From the NCBI GenBank assembly GCA_027923505.1, contig BROI01000002.1, positions 1,302,001-1,366,000 of the forward strand: a stretch of DNA of 64,000 nucleotides. Reading direction: 5' to 3'. The position numbers and the translations under genes were made by a program. The DNA comes from Mayamaea pseudoterrestris (taxonomy: Eukaryota). Below the pieces are notes generated by a model. That model saw only the letters and a program-made list of their open reading frames with translations, was not told where the DNA came from and ran no database searches. Within the stretch, counting starts at the first letter, position 1, and the number at the start of each line of letters is the position of its first letter. Below, in pieces: positions 20,528 to 32,325 of the stretch.

Positions 20528-21463
20528 ATGAATTCGAACCGCAACAAGAGTGACGATCATTCGCCCTCGTCGTCGGCAAGTAGCGGCAGCGGTTGTCCAG
20601 TGAATCATCAACATGCAACCTCGACTTGGCCTTGGGCTTCTGCTGCGTCATCAAAGATTACCTCGCGGCCAATCGATGCTTCCGACAAGCAGCAGCAGCC
20701 TCCACCCGCACTCTCCTATCAGCCGGCATCCATCGAGGAAGCGGCGCAGCATGCGCAAACACCCCAACCTGATCAGCGCGTCAAGCTTGGAACGGAACGA
20801 CAAGTATCCAGTATTCCGCGAGGTGACTTGAATGTGAATATCAATGGTAGTCCGTCGACTGGTTGTCCAATGTCAGCAGACTCTGCAGCAGCGCCTCAAC
20901 TTCCACACCACCAGCACGACGATCCATCCAAAGCATCAAACTGGGTCTACCCATCCGAGCAGCAACTGTACAACGCCATGCGCCGCAAGGGCTGGACCAA
21001 CGTTCCGGAGGATTCCATTTCCACGGTGCTAAATATTCACAACACCATCAACGAACGCACCTGGACCATGATTCAACAGTGGGAAGGTTCGTCGAATTTG
21101 ACGCTCACCAAGTTTCAGGGCCGACCAACGGAGCCGTCGCCAAAGTCGTGGATATTGTGCAACTTGTTGCGTCTCTACGACGCTCCCTTTGATCGGCACG
21201 ACTGGTATGTTGCGAAGCGAAGTAGTGACGGTACCGAGTCACTGCGGACGCAACGCTACGTGATTGACTACTACTACGCCGAGTCGTCCTTGCCAGATGT
21301 TCCGCCACGTCCAGTCATTGACGCACGACCGGCGCTGGATCATCCGCGGGCAGTGTATCTGCGCGGCAAGCAGTTTTTCAAGGATGCCTTTCCGGCCATT
21401 AGCAGGCGATTGTTCGAGTCAACGACTGACACGTCGAGTAAAAATGATGGAGTAAAGACGTAA
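20528..21463 (+). CDS. HCCS: Holocytochrome c synthase (cytochrome c/c1 heme lyase)
   Basis: Heme-regulatory CP motifs (GCPV, GCPM), SSIPR, WVYPSEQQLYNAMRRKG, IHNTINERTW, PFDRHDW, RYVIDYY, DARPALD. Confidence 0.95.
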   Translation: MNSNRNKSDDHSPSSSASSGSGCPVNHQHATSTWPWASAASSKITSRPIDASDKQQQPPPALSYQPASIEEAAQHAQTPQPDQRVKLGTERQVSSIPRGDLNVNINGSPSTGCPMSADSAAAPQLPHHQHDDPSKASNWVYPSEQQLYNAMRRKGWTNVPEDSISTVLNIHNTINERTWTMIQQWEGSSNLTLTKFQGRPTEPSPKSWILCNLLRLYDAPFDRHDWYVAKRSSDGTESLRTQRYVIDYYYAESSLPDVPPRPVIDARPALDHPRAVYLRGKQFFKDAFPAISRRLFESTTDTSSKNDGVKT

Positions 21464-21982
21464 TTTGCTAAAATGTAGTAGCAGGCGCCCTTAATATTAC
21501 TGAGACTTGCATTCTGGTTGTAGGTAAACGTCATTTTTACCGTTGTGCATTGCTACAGTACTTTGACGACAATGAAAAGTTGTTGCTGGAGTATGGCTGA
21601 GCTGTAACTTTACTCAAGGAACATTTGTTCGTAACGGTGAGGCATCTACCTTGATTGCCTGATACATGGAAGTAATGGGAGTTTGTGATGGGAGACGAAC
21701 AGATCACCAAGGTTGAACGCGACGTTGTCGGTCGTGCCAAATAAGTCAGTACCGGTAGGATGAATATTCATTATCGAGTCTAGTTCTTAGAGTACAGCTG
21801 GGATCTCACAATGACTGTCTTCTAGTATTGCCCAATTGGCGATGCGCAGCCGTTGCCTTGCCGGCACGCGCTCACTTTTTCGCATCGTTTTGGCGATGGC
21901 ATTTGCTTCCTCCTCCCATTCAAAATTCCCCTCACGACATCAGATAGCTGCGCCTTGCTCCAAATCCGAGAATATCGCAACC

Positions 21983-22423
21983 ATGATCAAGAAAGACGCT
22001 CATATGAGATTGACTGCCATTATAGCGCTTGGCCTGGCTGTAGGCCTCGTTGTGTTCCTCGCTTCAACCAACAAGTCCAGTTCAAGGACAGCACGGCCGG
22101 CCTCCGAGCCCCGACGATTACAAATGGAGAGTCTCTTCCAAGATTTTCCTCAAAGTGTTTCAAAATATTCACCTATCATGCCCAATAGCTTGTCAAGCGA
22201 TGCTCCCTCGGATATACCGAGCGACCGACCAAGTTTTGCACCGTCCTTACGGGCGTCGTCGGACACTCCAAGCATGCTTCCACCCGACGCCCCCTCACTC
22301 CAACCCAGCGACATGCCGTCTCGCGCTCCAACACAATGGTCGGGTCCTAAAATATTAGACCTATTTTCGGATGCACCATCCGACTCGCCGTCCGCGTCAC
22401 CTACATGGGTCGGCTCTCAGTAA
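21983..22423 (+). CDS. Small secreted or membrane-anchored Pro/Ser-rich protein with PSxxPS repeats
   Basis: Hydrophobic stretch LTAIIALGLAVGLVVFLA, then RRLQ, then SDAPSDIPSDRPSFAPS repeats. Confidence 0.65.
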   Translation: MIKKDAHMRLTAIIALGLAVGLVVFLASTNKSSSRTARPASEPRRLQMESLFQDFPQSVSKYSPIMPNSLSSDAPSDIPSDRPSFAPSLRASSDTPSMLPPDAPSLQPSDMPSRAPTQWSGPKILDLFSDAPSDSPSASPTWVGSQ

Positions 22424-22616
22424 AGAAGCTTGAGGTTGGTGCCTGTCGTACCAGGAGCAACCAACCTGTTGCGATCACTTATTTGTTTATAACTGCTCCA
22501 TGAAAAACTATTGTTAACCTCATATAATCTATAATATGAAAGATTTGCATGTTACAATTGCTATGATTTTTGTTATGAATTATGATTGTGAGTGCCTGAC
22601 GACAATCACATACGTT

Positions 22617-24778
22617 TTAGAAACAGCGCGTGCAGCAGGTGCACTCAACAAACGGCGGAGAATCTCTCCCGGATAGTTCGAGGCAGTCAGAAGTCAAGGT
22701 GGTGAGCGATTTATCCTTTAACAAGCAGACTGATTGAGGCATGGTACCCTCCAAGTTATTTTCTTCCAATGTGACAGTGGCTGTTGTTCGTGGTGCGAGA
22801 GCGACGGTGAAGTTAGGAAAACTGTGATTACAGCTGATGCCTAAGAAAGATTATGGCAATCTTTACGTACCCAAAGAGTTTATCATGCCAAGCGACGATG
22901 GTACCGTCCCAGTGAGACGATTGTTTTGCAGCTGCAGCGAAGTCAACGACTGCATTAGCCCAATGCTACTGCCGAGCATTCCCTCCAACAAATTGTCATT
23001 CAGTTCAAGTTGTTGGAGATTTTTCAGTTTATATATCTCTTTAGGAATGGACCCGCCGAGAAGGTTGAAATTGAGGTCAAGGGTCTCGAGCGAGGATATT
23101 TCGCTCAGTTGGGGAGGAATTGAGCCAGACATGACGCCATCGGTAAGCAATAAGAAACGTAGGCCGGACAAGGCTCGAAGTTCGCTTGCAATCGTGCCCG
23201 AAAGCCCATTCGTTTCTAAAATTTGCAATAGATATGGGTATGAATGTGAGAGAAACTTAACGATACGGTTCCACTCTCAACAACATGATACGTACCAAAT
23301 TCAATTCTCGTCACCATCCCCATATCGTTGCATACAACTCCACCCCAGCGACATTCAGAACCGGATGTCAGCCACGCGTTTGATCCGCTTCCCGTTATTG
23401 GCTGAATGTTACATGCCTCATTTGCCGCCGTGATTGCCGCCTCCGAGGTGAAATCAGACGGAGCCGCGCATTCCTTCCATCGGTCGCCGCGCGCACTGTA
23501 GTAAAAGACAGCCAAGGCGTATCGCTGTTTCAAGGTTATCTCGTCCTCGGGACAAACATATGCGGCGTCTTGTTCGGTGAGCCAGGTGAACGCACTGTTC
23601 TGCGGAGTGTCCGCCGTGCTGACGGCCGTTCCATCGGAAATGCTATTGACAATGACGCGTACTAGAAGCGAGCGAAGCATGGACGACATGTTGCAGGCTT
23701 GCGTAGGCGCCATTGTTGGAGCTGCGGTAGTCGATGCCACTGGTGCTGCTGTGCCGGCCGATACTGGCGCTGCTGACGAAGGAGCTGGTGCTGGCGTGCC
23801 CGTCGGTACTGGCGCCGCTGAAGCAGGCGCTGTCGTTGTCATGAATGGAGCGAGCGTTGATGGAGCAAGTGTTGCCGGAACAACTACTGATGGAGCAGGT
23901 GTTGCTGGAACAAGTGTCGATGGAGCAGGTGTTGCCGGAACAAGTGTCGATGGAGCAGGTGTCGCCGGAACAAGTGTCGATGGAGCGGGTGTACTTGTTG
24001 CGACGGGAGCTGACGTTGCCGCAGCAGGAGCTCTTGTAGTAGGCGCCGATGTCACAGTTGACGTGGGTGCTATTGTTGTCGGTGAAGATGTCACAATTTC
24101 GGTGGGCGAATTTGTTGTCGTGACGATGCTAGGTCTTGGCGTAGGTACCGAGCTAGTGGGAAAGACTATGGCGGTAGGAAATTCGGGCGTTCTTGACGGA
24201 GGCATTGTTCCCTCGCCCTGCACCGAAGGTGCAGCCGTAACAACAGGAACAGTTGATGGTAGAACTGTGGCGATTGGAACAGCCGATGGTCGATTCGTTG
24301 GCAATCTCGTGACGACTGCAGCCGGAGATGGTGTTTCGGCCGATGTGGGAGGCTCCGTGAGGCGAATCGTTGGCTTCGGTGTCACGGGCATTTCAGGCAT
24401 TGCTGCGGACGGAGCGAATGTCTCGTTATTAAGCTGCATTGTCGGTGACATCACCGGTGCTTCCGTTGGAGGAGATGTCAAGGATGAAAATGTAGGTCTA
24501 GCCGCGGATGGTGACGATGTTTTTGGTGCCACTGTAGGCGTGAGCGGGTAACTTCCCATTGAATTCACGCCGTTGATGAGGGAGAGTATGAGCTCCCCAT
24601 CAGCATCCTCTGCTGTCAGCTGATATGATGGCTCGTCTTCTAACGCCCAATTCGATGTAGAGAACACTCGGCGAAACCTTTGAGGCTTTTGCTCATCTTG
24701 CTGGGCGCTTGCTGCCGTTGCTGCCGACACACATGTCCAGACACACAAGAATGAGACGGTCAAAGATCGAATCAGCAT
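22617..24778 (-). CDS. Secreted mucin-like (Pro/Thr/Ala) + leucine-rich-repeat protein, 3 exons
   Basis: Signal peptide, TAAP/PT repeats, LRR N-cap (QRYALAVFYYS…WLTSGSECRWGGVVC). Introns 23216-23295 and 22781-22870; LRRs (LDLNFNLLGGSIP, LQLQNNRLTGTVP); C-terminal ECTCCTRCF*. Confidence 0.85.
23859..23992. repeat. Coding tandem repeat, 30-bp unit, about 4.5 copies (encodes TPAPSTLVPA)
   Basis: Unit gatggagcaggtgttgccggaacaagtgtc repeated with few substitutions. Confidence 0.9.
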
Positions 24779-25217
24779 GTTGGTTGATGATTGGCGTAAG
24801 AGTTAAGGGAGACCTCGATCTGCACATCCATCAAACAAACGATCGGATTGTCACTAATGAGCCGCGGAACAATCTTCTTGCACCTCCACTGGACGACGTC
24901 TAAGCAAAGGTCCCGCATCGAACGTTGAACGCATGGACGAATGCTCCGTTGGGTACCGGATCGAAAATCTCGCGAACTCGCCGATAACGCTACGACACAG
25001 AATCAAAGTGAGTCACGATGCGAATGTAATGACGCTATGCAAGCTCAGCCGTACGGGTAGCTAACATGGCGAGTACGTTAAAGTAGAACCCCATCATAGA
25101 AAGATGCTACAAGAGGAAGTTATACAGTATAGTTATTCATGAAATTAATTTGCATTAAGTCTTTCGACTCAGATACCAATTCGTCAGCTCCAACGTTGAC
25201 CAAGCCCGCGTCACAAT

Positions 25218-26647
25218 TTACAAGGCACTAGCAATCGGAACATTTAAGTCATCAAGTTTAATGTTGCAATCGGCAAAAAAACTCTGGTCAGGAAATCCGC
25301 GTTCACCGCCACCGGAAAGACTCGTCTTGTGAGGGATCGTAGCCCACGTTATGGTGTCATTGGGCGCCGCGGAGACAATTGCAAAGGTCAGTCCGCGAAC
25401 GAACGCGCATTCCAGACGCTTTAGAAGGTCGCGCCCTTGATCATTATCCGGAAGGTAAGTTTTGTAGTTCGCTCCAGAGAATTCTAATCCAGGATTGCTG
25501 CGGACAGAGGATAGAAAAGCCGTAAGTCTCGCGGGAGAATAATTGTGACAGAATTATCAACGCGCGCAGGCACGCAGCAGTCAACTCACGGATGATAGCA
25601 TTTCTGTTTCCCGTCATAAATCGAGTAGCGAACCACAAATGTCCCCTGGCCATGGCCACAGCAGCTAATACATTCCGACGATACGGTCATGTATCCCGAC
25701 GGCATTGTGCCTTGCTGCATTGGCACATTGACGCAGCGAAAGGGACACTTGTTGGAATAAGATTCCGCGTGCATCAAGCAAGGGTAATGAAACATGTGTC
25801 CACATGTAACCATTTTTCCGATCAGTTTTTGGGTGAGTAGGTCTTGGCAAAATGCGCATGTATCGTCGGGTGACTTCGGCGATGTTAAAGTCATTGCAAA
25901 TGGACGAGGAGGACTGAGCGACTCTGGTGCACGATAGTAAAGAGTGTGCTGAGCTGGCCAGAGCGCGTCGAAAATAGAGCTGTTGGCGTTTGATGGAAAA
26001 GAAGGCAATAACTGCATCGGCGTTGGCTCAACAGTTACTCGCCAAACACTCCCGAGCGCATTCGCCGTAATGTCATGCCCCGTAGCCACCTGCGCGAGAG
26101 CAGTTGCTACTGATTCTGGTGTAGGCATAATGGACGACGATGTCTTCTCAATCGCTGCAACTTCTCGCTCATTAAAAGCCGTGTTACGCAATGCGGACAA
26201 AATGTCGGGGCTCCCGGCATTGTAATAAACGCACATATATCCATTAACAATCGCAAGCGAGCCTGACATAACAGACTTCAAGTATACGTCCATGCGCGCA
26301 TGACTATTGTCTGTCTCGTCGTCGTCATCATCACCATCGTCATTGTTGTCATCTTGTGATTCCTCGTCCGATGTCTCGTCATCATCACGAACACTTCCGC
26401 CGGTTTGCCGCAGCATCAAATTATTTGAATGGTTCATGCTTGCGGTAAGCTGATCTTCAATAGAGCCAATATAATCACGTAGAAAACCTTGGTCATGCTC
26501 GCTGCCAAGCTGTTTCGCACAGGCGCAACAACGTTGGCGCGCATCGTCGTTGCGAACCCTTGGGTCGTAGTGCGACACCGATGCTCGGCCTGCGCGTTTG
26601 CCTCGCCAACCGCAACCACGCAACGTCACACGCGTCTCTCCAACCAT
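25218..26647 (-). CDS. Deltex-like E3 ubiquitin ligase (RING + Deltex C-terminal domain)
   Basis: RING CAFC…CGHMFHYPC…CPFRC, then QGTMPSGYM…YHP. Intron 25498-25589; exon 2 (absent from the ORF track) NPGLEFSGANYKTYLPDNDQGRDLLKRLECAFVRGLTF…TWATIPHKTSLSGGGERGFPD…*. Start is 26647 or 26437. Confidence 0.85.
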
Positions 26648-26806
26648 CTCTGTCTGTCACGCAGCCTTCGTTCCACGAGTATAGACTTGGCTCTAGCAAG
26701 ACTCTACAAGTAAGCGACATCAATCAACTATTCAATCATAATAGAATATAGCGGGTTATTGAAGCTAGCAAAGGTGCTATTGAAGTGAAGGAATTGAAAC
26801 GGCACC

Positions 26807-28288
26807 ATGCTACCAAAGAACTCCCTCCGATGGGACGAGGATGATGGCAGAAGCAGTATCCGATGTTCAAGTACTCGGCGCCATCAAAGACGCTCCTTTA
26901 GTATATTGAATATAAAGAATTTGCTAATACTGGCAGTTTCATCATGCATGCATCTACAATCAGCATCAGCGTTCATGGTATCACCGTCGACTTGCACCAA
27001 CAACAGCTACAAAGAACCAGCAATTCGACGAGAATCACCTCGCTTGTCATTGTCGAACAATCCATTACTCGACGATGATGACGACGAAGACTCCTTGCTT
27101 CCAACTACACCAGGTCCACCCTGCGTCATTAAAGTACTTGGCGTGGGCGGAGGCGGCGGCAACGCTGTCAACCGCATGATTCAGACGCGGATTGAAGGCG
27201 TGTCCTTTTGGGCCATCAACACGGACGCCCAGGCACTCGCCAAGAGCTTGGCGCCCAACGTGTTGAACATTGGACGAACATTGACGCGGGGACTGGGAGC
27301 GGGTGGTATTCCAACGGTGGGCGCAGGTGCGGCGCGGGAAAATAACAAGGAGATTGAACGTATCTGCGAGGGAGCTGATATGGTGTTTATAACGGCGGGC
27401 ATGGGAGGTGGAACTGGAAGTGGAGCCGCTCCTGTTGTTGCTGAAATTGCCAAGGAGGATTGTGGGTGTTTGACTGTGGGTGTTGTAACCAAACCTTTTG
27501 CGTTTGAGGGTCGTCGGCGAATGAACCAGGCGCTGGAAGCGATTGAGGAATTGCGGAAACATGTGGATACGCTGATTGTAGTTTCGAATGACAAGCTTTT
27601 ACAAATTGTACCTGACAATACTCCAGTGACGGAAGCTTTCTTGGTTGCCGATGATATCTTGCGGCAGGGAGTCGTTGGTATTTCCGAAATTATTCTCAAG
27701 ACTGGTTTGGTGAATGTCGATTTTGCCGATGTTCGCGCCGTCATGAAGGACGCTGGAACTGCACTCATGGGCGTTGGAACGGGTGTCGGAAAGACGCGAG
27801 CTGCTGATGCGGCAGTGGCTGCTATTTCCAGTCCACTCTTGGACTTTCCCATTCAGCGCGCCAAACGAATTGTGTTCAACATTGTTGGAGGAGAAAGCAT
27901 GGGTCTGCAGGAGATTAACGAAGCTAGTGAAGTAATTTACGAGAATGCCGATGACAATGCGAACATTATCTTTGGTGCCTTGGTCGACCCGAGCATGAAG
28001 GAAGAAATCAGCATTACAGTATTGGCTTGCGATTTTGACGAAGGCGACATGGAATTGTTCATGGAACCAGTTCCAGAAGAGACTGACAGCTCGGATGACC
28101 CACGCGACCCTGACTTTTACAAGAATCGACGGCAAAAAACTCGAAGTCCGCTTGGACCGGATGCGTCGTTGGAGGAGACGCGAGTAGCCATTACGCGAGG
28201 GTTCAAAAAGCCAACGGAACCAGCCAAGAGCAAGGACAAGAAAAAGTCTGGTCTTCGCGGCTTTCTACGAAAGTTTATTGGAGAATAG
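26807..28288 (+). CDS. ftsZ: Plastid division protein FtsZ
   Basis: [47 protein letters not shown]; presequence with ASAF. Confidence 0.96.
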   Translation: MLPKNSLRWDEDDGRSSIRCSSTRRHQRRSFSILNIKNLLILAVSSCMHLQSASAFMVSPSTCTNNSYKEPAIRRESPRLSLSNNPLLDDDDDEDSLLPTTPGPPCVIKVLGVGGGGGNAVNRMIQTRIEGVSFWAINTDAQALAKSLAPNVLNIGRTLTRGLGAGGIPTVGAGAARENNKEIERICEGADMVFITAGMGGGTGSGAAPVVAEIAKEDCGCLTVGVVTKPFAFEGRRRMNQALEAIEELRKHVDTLIVVSNDKLLQIVPDNTPVTEAFLVADDILRQGVVGISEIILKTGLVNVDFADVRAVMKDAGTALMGVGTGVGKTRAADAAVAAISSPLLDFPIQRAKRIVFNIVGGESMGLQEINEASEVIYENADDNANIIFGALVDPSMKEEISITVLACDFDEGDMELFMEPVPEETDSSDDPRDPDFYKNRRQKTRSPLGPDASLEETRVAITRGFKKPTEPAKSKDKKKSGLRGFLRKFIGE

Positions 28289-28437
28289 TAGGTGTTTGTA
28301 AAATCTACATTTGGGCTACTTTTTGATTAATTGGTTGTGGAACGACGTGTAGCGTACGAGTTCGCGTGCGGAGCATTTATCTGCTTCCAGCATAAAGCTT
28401 GGCATTTTTACCTCCAAATTATAGGCTATCAACTGCA

Positions 28438-29031
28438 CTAATTGAACTTGGCCGACTTGAGAACCGTGACTACATCTTGATCCCAAATTTCCTTGTAGGA
28501 AGTAATGAACCCTCCTTCATCACGCTCCAGAACAACCTTGCCGCTCAGCGCCACGACCGGCTGGAAGGGAATGTTGAAGCACAAGTCTTCTTCAAACCGA
28601 AACTCGGCCTTTTCGGGTGTGACATTCACGTCTCCAACCAGTCGAACTTGGGACTTGGCTCCCACAAAGAGTTTGCGCGTGCCCTTGATCCACTGCTGCA
28701 TTCCATACGAGTCAATTTCATCGGTAAAGGTTGCAGTCGATCGGTAAATGGATGGCGTCAAGTTGGCAGTCGCAAGAAATTGTCGGTCGACAATGTCGGA
28801 GCGAATCACTTCCTTTAGCTCATTGTCCGTGAGACCGAGTTTGTCAGCAGCATCGGCATGTGCAGGCAGAGATGATGAAAAAGCAACCAGAGCGGCGGAA
28901 GCAGCACTTGAAACAAAATTTTGCAGAAATTTTTGACGGGAAGTTTGAGTTTGTAGTGGCAGCGCAAGAGTAAGGTTGGGACTGTGCAGCAGTGCAAGTA
29001 ATAGCAGGCTTGCGATGCAGCGATTCATCAT
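28438..29031 (-). CDS. Probable plastid/thylakoid-lumen protein, DUF2358 (NTF2-like)
   Basis: Signal peptide, SRQKFL followed by a hydrophobic stretch and AHA; QFLATANLTPSIY…FTDEIDSY…ITSYKEIWDQDV. Confidence 0.7.
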   Translation of the reverse strand: MMNRCIASLLLLALLHSPNLTLALPLQTQTSRQKFLQNFVSSAASAALVAFSSSLPAHADAADKLGLTDNELKEVIRSDIVDRQFLATANLTPSIYRSTATFTDEIDSYGMQQWIKGTRKLFVGAKSQVRLVGDVNVTPEKAEFRFEEDLCFNIPFQPVVALSGKVVLERDEGGFITSYKEIWDQDVVTVLKSAKFN

Positions 29032-29304
29032 GGTGATTGGGAAGTTGTGCGACAAAAATGACGAATGCGTGCCGCTTCACACTGCTCTTTTGTCGTTTCG
29101 GTATCCATAGATGCTTGTCTTATTTACAGTTAGTACTGCTAAGGAAAATGATGATCAACGGTAGTTAGTAGAAGTTACATACAGAACATAGATGATATTT
29201 TCTTAAAATATGTGAGAATGGGATGTACAGAATAAGTAAATTGCTTTAAGCTAGCTAATTAGAACAGCAATACGTTCTGACGCAACGAATTCGTGCCGAT
29301 CATT

Positions 29305-31080
29305 CTAAAAGAATGTCGCCGGATCAATGCCTTTCAGAGTGTCATCATCTTTCTTCGATTCCAATATACCGGCTTTGCCCAGAACAACGTCCGTCAGATC
29401 GGGTCCTGCTTCTTCGTCCTGTCCCGTCAGGTCCGCTAGCATTGCTGCCCGAGCTTCCGCCATGCGTTTTTGTCGCTCTCGCTCTGCAAATGTCAAGCCG
29501 TCGTCTTTGTTTTCTGCGACCGACACAGATGCTTGCTCTGGTTTTGCCATTTCAACTCCATCCAGTCGTTGCAGAAGGAAATCAACCGCCATGGCAGTCG
29601 CTGATGTTTCTGGTCCGTTAAGGGGCTGCATTGCATGTCCATTCTTCCCTAACCGTTTCTCAAGCGCTTGCATCACCACCTTGATCAGATTGCCCTGTTC
29701 AACTTGCCGCTTATCAACTTTATTGGCCGCCGGAGTTGAGTCATAGTTTAGACTCATGTCTTCGTCCTTGACTTTGCCAGTCGCTTGAAAGTCTTGCGCT
29801 ATTTTCAATGCGTCCATTTCGCGACGATTAACTTTCATGTCTGAAATCTCACCCCAATCACGCAATCGCAACATTGTCTCTAGCTTATCGACACCAATCG
29901 ATGATAGAGTCTTTTCATTCTGTTTGTAAACAAGCCCCGTTGGAATTCCCTTTTGCGCCGTCCGCACTTGAGTCGTGCGTAGTAGATTGATCATGGGCCA
30001 CGGAGATCGTCTCGCATAGTTTGCTGCCTGGCCTTCGCCTGCCCGAGCATCTCCGTCCCGAAAGCTCCAGTGTGGATGGAAAAAGACAAGCTGCAGCAAG
30101 TCTTCCACCTTGAGAAACGTCAGTGATTGCGTCAAGGTTGTACTGAAGCTTTCGAACAACTCCACATTGTCCAAGAAAAACTCTGGCACAATCATGAGTG
30201 TAGTACTTAGATCCTTTTCCTTTAACGTTTCGACTCGCACAACTTCCCTCCAGTAGCGTGCGTAAACATCTTCGACGCCACTACTCCGATCGACGCAGTA
30301 GTAAATCTCACCGAGCGGCAAGCCTGCTTCATTGGCATCCTTTGTAAATGGACAAATGCCCATGTCGGCCATCATTTTGCTGACCCAATCCTTGGTCAAA
30401 TCAATAATTGATTCATCGTTTTCTGGAACCTTGTTGACAATGGCTGGATATGGATCCTTCGTCATGAATTCGTCGTCAATTCCCTTGTATAGCTCATCAA
30501 AGTCAGTTCCATCATCCCAAAATGGATCATAGTCCCACGCCTTTTCGTCACCATCCGGTTGATTGCTATCGCGCTCCTTCTTGAAACTCTTGGCAGTAAA
30601 GCCAGCAATGCGGCCCATTTGCTTGTAGGGAACCAGCGTCGTTGAAATGCCAAAGTGATCGCAAACGTCCTTGCAGTAGTCCAAATGTCCCAGTATTTGA
30701 TTCACGAAATTTGGATTGGCCAAGCTCTCTTTCATTTCGGGGTATATGACTGTCAACGATTCCTGTGAAAAGATTAGTGAGGCATGTGTGAACAAGATGG
30801 AGCATAGTAGTCAAGTGTGTCATGCAACGGCACGTACCCCCTTGACCATGTTCCCGGCTTGCGCAATCTGAGACCACACGGAATGAAGCAGTTGCGGAAT
30901 GGTTGCTGCTGGATCATGGGGATGCCATTCATCGTCCGTTTCGGCTTGCAGCATGGGCACATCGGATAGCCATTGTCGAGTGAATGACGATGATGACCGT
31001 CGTTGTCGACTACTTTGCGATGAAATTTGGAAAGCGACAATATATGAAGGAACAAAAGCGAGGAGACTTATTGACTTCAT
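29305..31080 (-). CDS. Plastid-targeted DUF1415-like protein, 2 exons
   Basis: Presequence MKSISLLAFVPSYIVA-FQ; intron 30763-30837; WVSKMMADMGICPF, LQLVFFHPHW, NYARRSPWPMINLLR, NEKTL. Confidence 0.75.
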
Positions 31081-31621
31081 AATGCTCCAGTTGTCTGCTT
31101 TTACCAAGGATAACAAACTACTACCGTAGCACAATCAGGAGATCAAGCGATTCAAAGGATGATGGCAAAAGGATCGAAGCAAAGCGAGGGTGTGCAGGGT
31201 CTGTCGCACCGGTTAACTGGATCACGGTGTGACACTTTGTGGTTGTGAAAATGAAAGCCAAAGATCCCGCGGTACCTGTACCAGTACGCAACGACTAAGC
31301 TTACTGTAGGTTTGCCTAAGCTCGTCTACTGCAGGTAATCTTGACAACTCTCGCGTCGTATTCGATTTTTTGTAGTTAGGAACTTCTATGTGCTGTGACG
31401 TTTAACTTACTCAGCTAAGGAAACCCGCTTGCACCTCCATTTGTTCCAAGTAATCAGTCCATTCATGTCAATCCATTTTCCTCGAGCAAGATCGCATTGC
31501 CATGCCAATGTGTTATGCTGTCATTAATGTGTGCGTAAACTTCATGCACATCGATCATTGTTTTATATATAACTCTTAGCCATTATACCCGTCTGCGGAA
31601 CCGCCAAAGCATAATATTGTC

Positions 31622-32242
31622 ATGTTCCTGCTCAAACTGCCATTCACGGAAAAGCCATCGGCTGAACCGCCATCTATTCCGGAGACTACGAGCGTCTCGA
31701 CCGACTCGGACGATTCATGTGTCATGCTGAGCAAAAAGCCTGTAGACCTGCGCTTGTACAGCGCCATTTTTCGTCAACCAAAGCTCGGCCATGCATTGTC
31801 GGTTCGCCAAACCAGTGTACATTCAATGTCTTACTCGAATCAGTTCTTCATTAACCGAGTCCGATCCTCCCATGGGCTGCAGGAGCTCCATCGCTCCCGC
31901 GACTTGGACCACTTGGCCCGCCACCACGCCGAGCGCATGGCGTTGCGAGAAACAATCTTTCACTCCTGCCACACAGTCAAGGAGCTCAAGAGTCACCTTG
32001 GCTCGTTGTTTGTGGGCGAGAATGTGCAGCGCGGAAAAACGATTCGCGACATTCACGACAATATGCTGGCCTGCCGCGCGCAGCGACAGAATGTCTTGTC
32101 GTTGCAGTTTCAGGAACTTGGCATTGGCACCTGCAAGGGTACTGATGGGATGCTCTACATGGTGCAATTGTTTCGTGCTGCAGACGAAACGAGGGATGCT
32201 TGTGATGTTGGCCCACGAGTGGGCAAGTCAATCTGGAAGTAA
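31622..32242 (+). CDS. CAP/SCP (PR-1-like) domain protein
   Basis: INRVRSSHGLQEL…LDHLARHHAERMA…GENVQRG…NVLSLQFQELGIGT…LYMVQLF. Confidence 0.8.
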   Translation: MFLLKLPFTEKPSAEPPSIPETTSVSTDSDDSCVMLSKKPVDLRLYSAIFRQPKLGHALSVRQTSVHSMSYSNQFFINRVRSSHGLQELHRSRDLDHLARHHAERMALRETIFHSCHTVKELKSHLGSLFVGENVQRGKTIRDIHDNMLACRAQRQNVLSLQFQELGIGTCKGTDGMLYMVQLFRAADETRDACDVGPRVGKSIWK

Positions 32243-32325
32243 CTAATTGTAGCTGGACATATTCACGCCTTTACTGTTAACGAATCAGTGATCTTATTGC
32301 TTAACCTGAAGACGAGAGTAGTTTT

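Noticed and set aside
23859..23992. 30-bp repeats as a possible CRISPR array
   Set aside because: The units are directly tandem with no unique spacers, lie inside a eukaryotic CDS, and there are no cas genes.
23577..24551. 324-aa Gly/Ala/Val-rich ORF on the + strand
   Set aside because: Antisense shadow of the Pro/Thr/Ala mucin-like exon; the repeats lack stops on both strands.
27065..28135. Long antisense ORFs over ftsZ
   Set aside because: Typical codon-bias shadows of a conserved gene; similar shadows occur over hemH, ELP2 and others.
26807..31080. ftsZ, DUF2358 and DUF1415 as a bacterial insertion or contamination
   Set aside because: They have eukaryotic targeting presequences, one has a spliceosomal intron, and composition looks like the flanks; they are ordinary nucleus-encoded plastid proteins.
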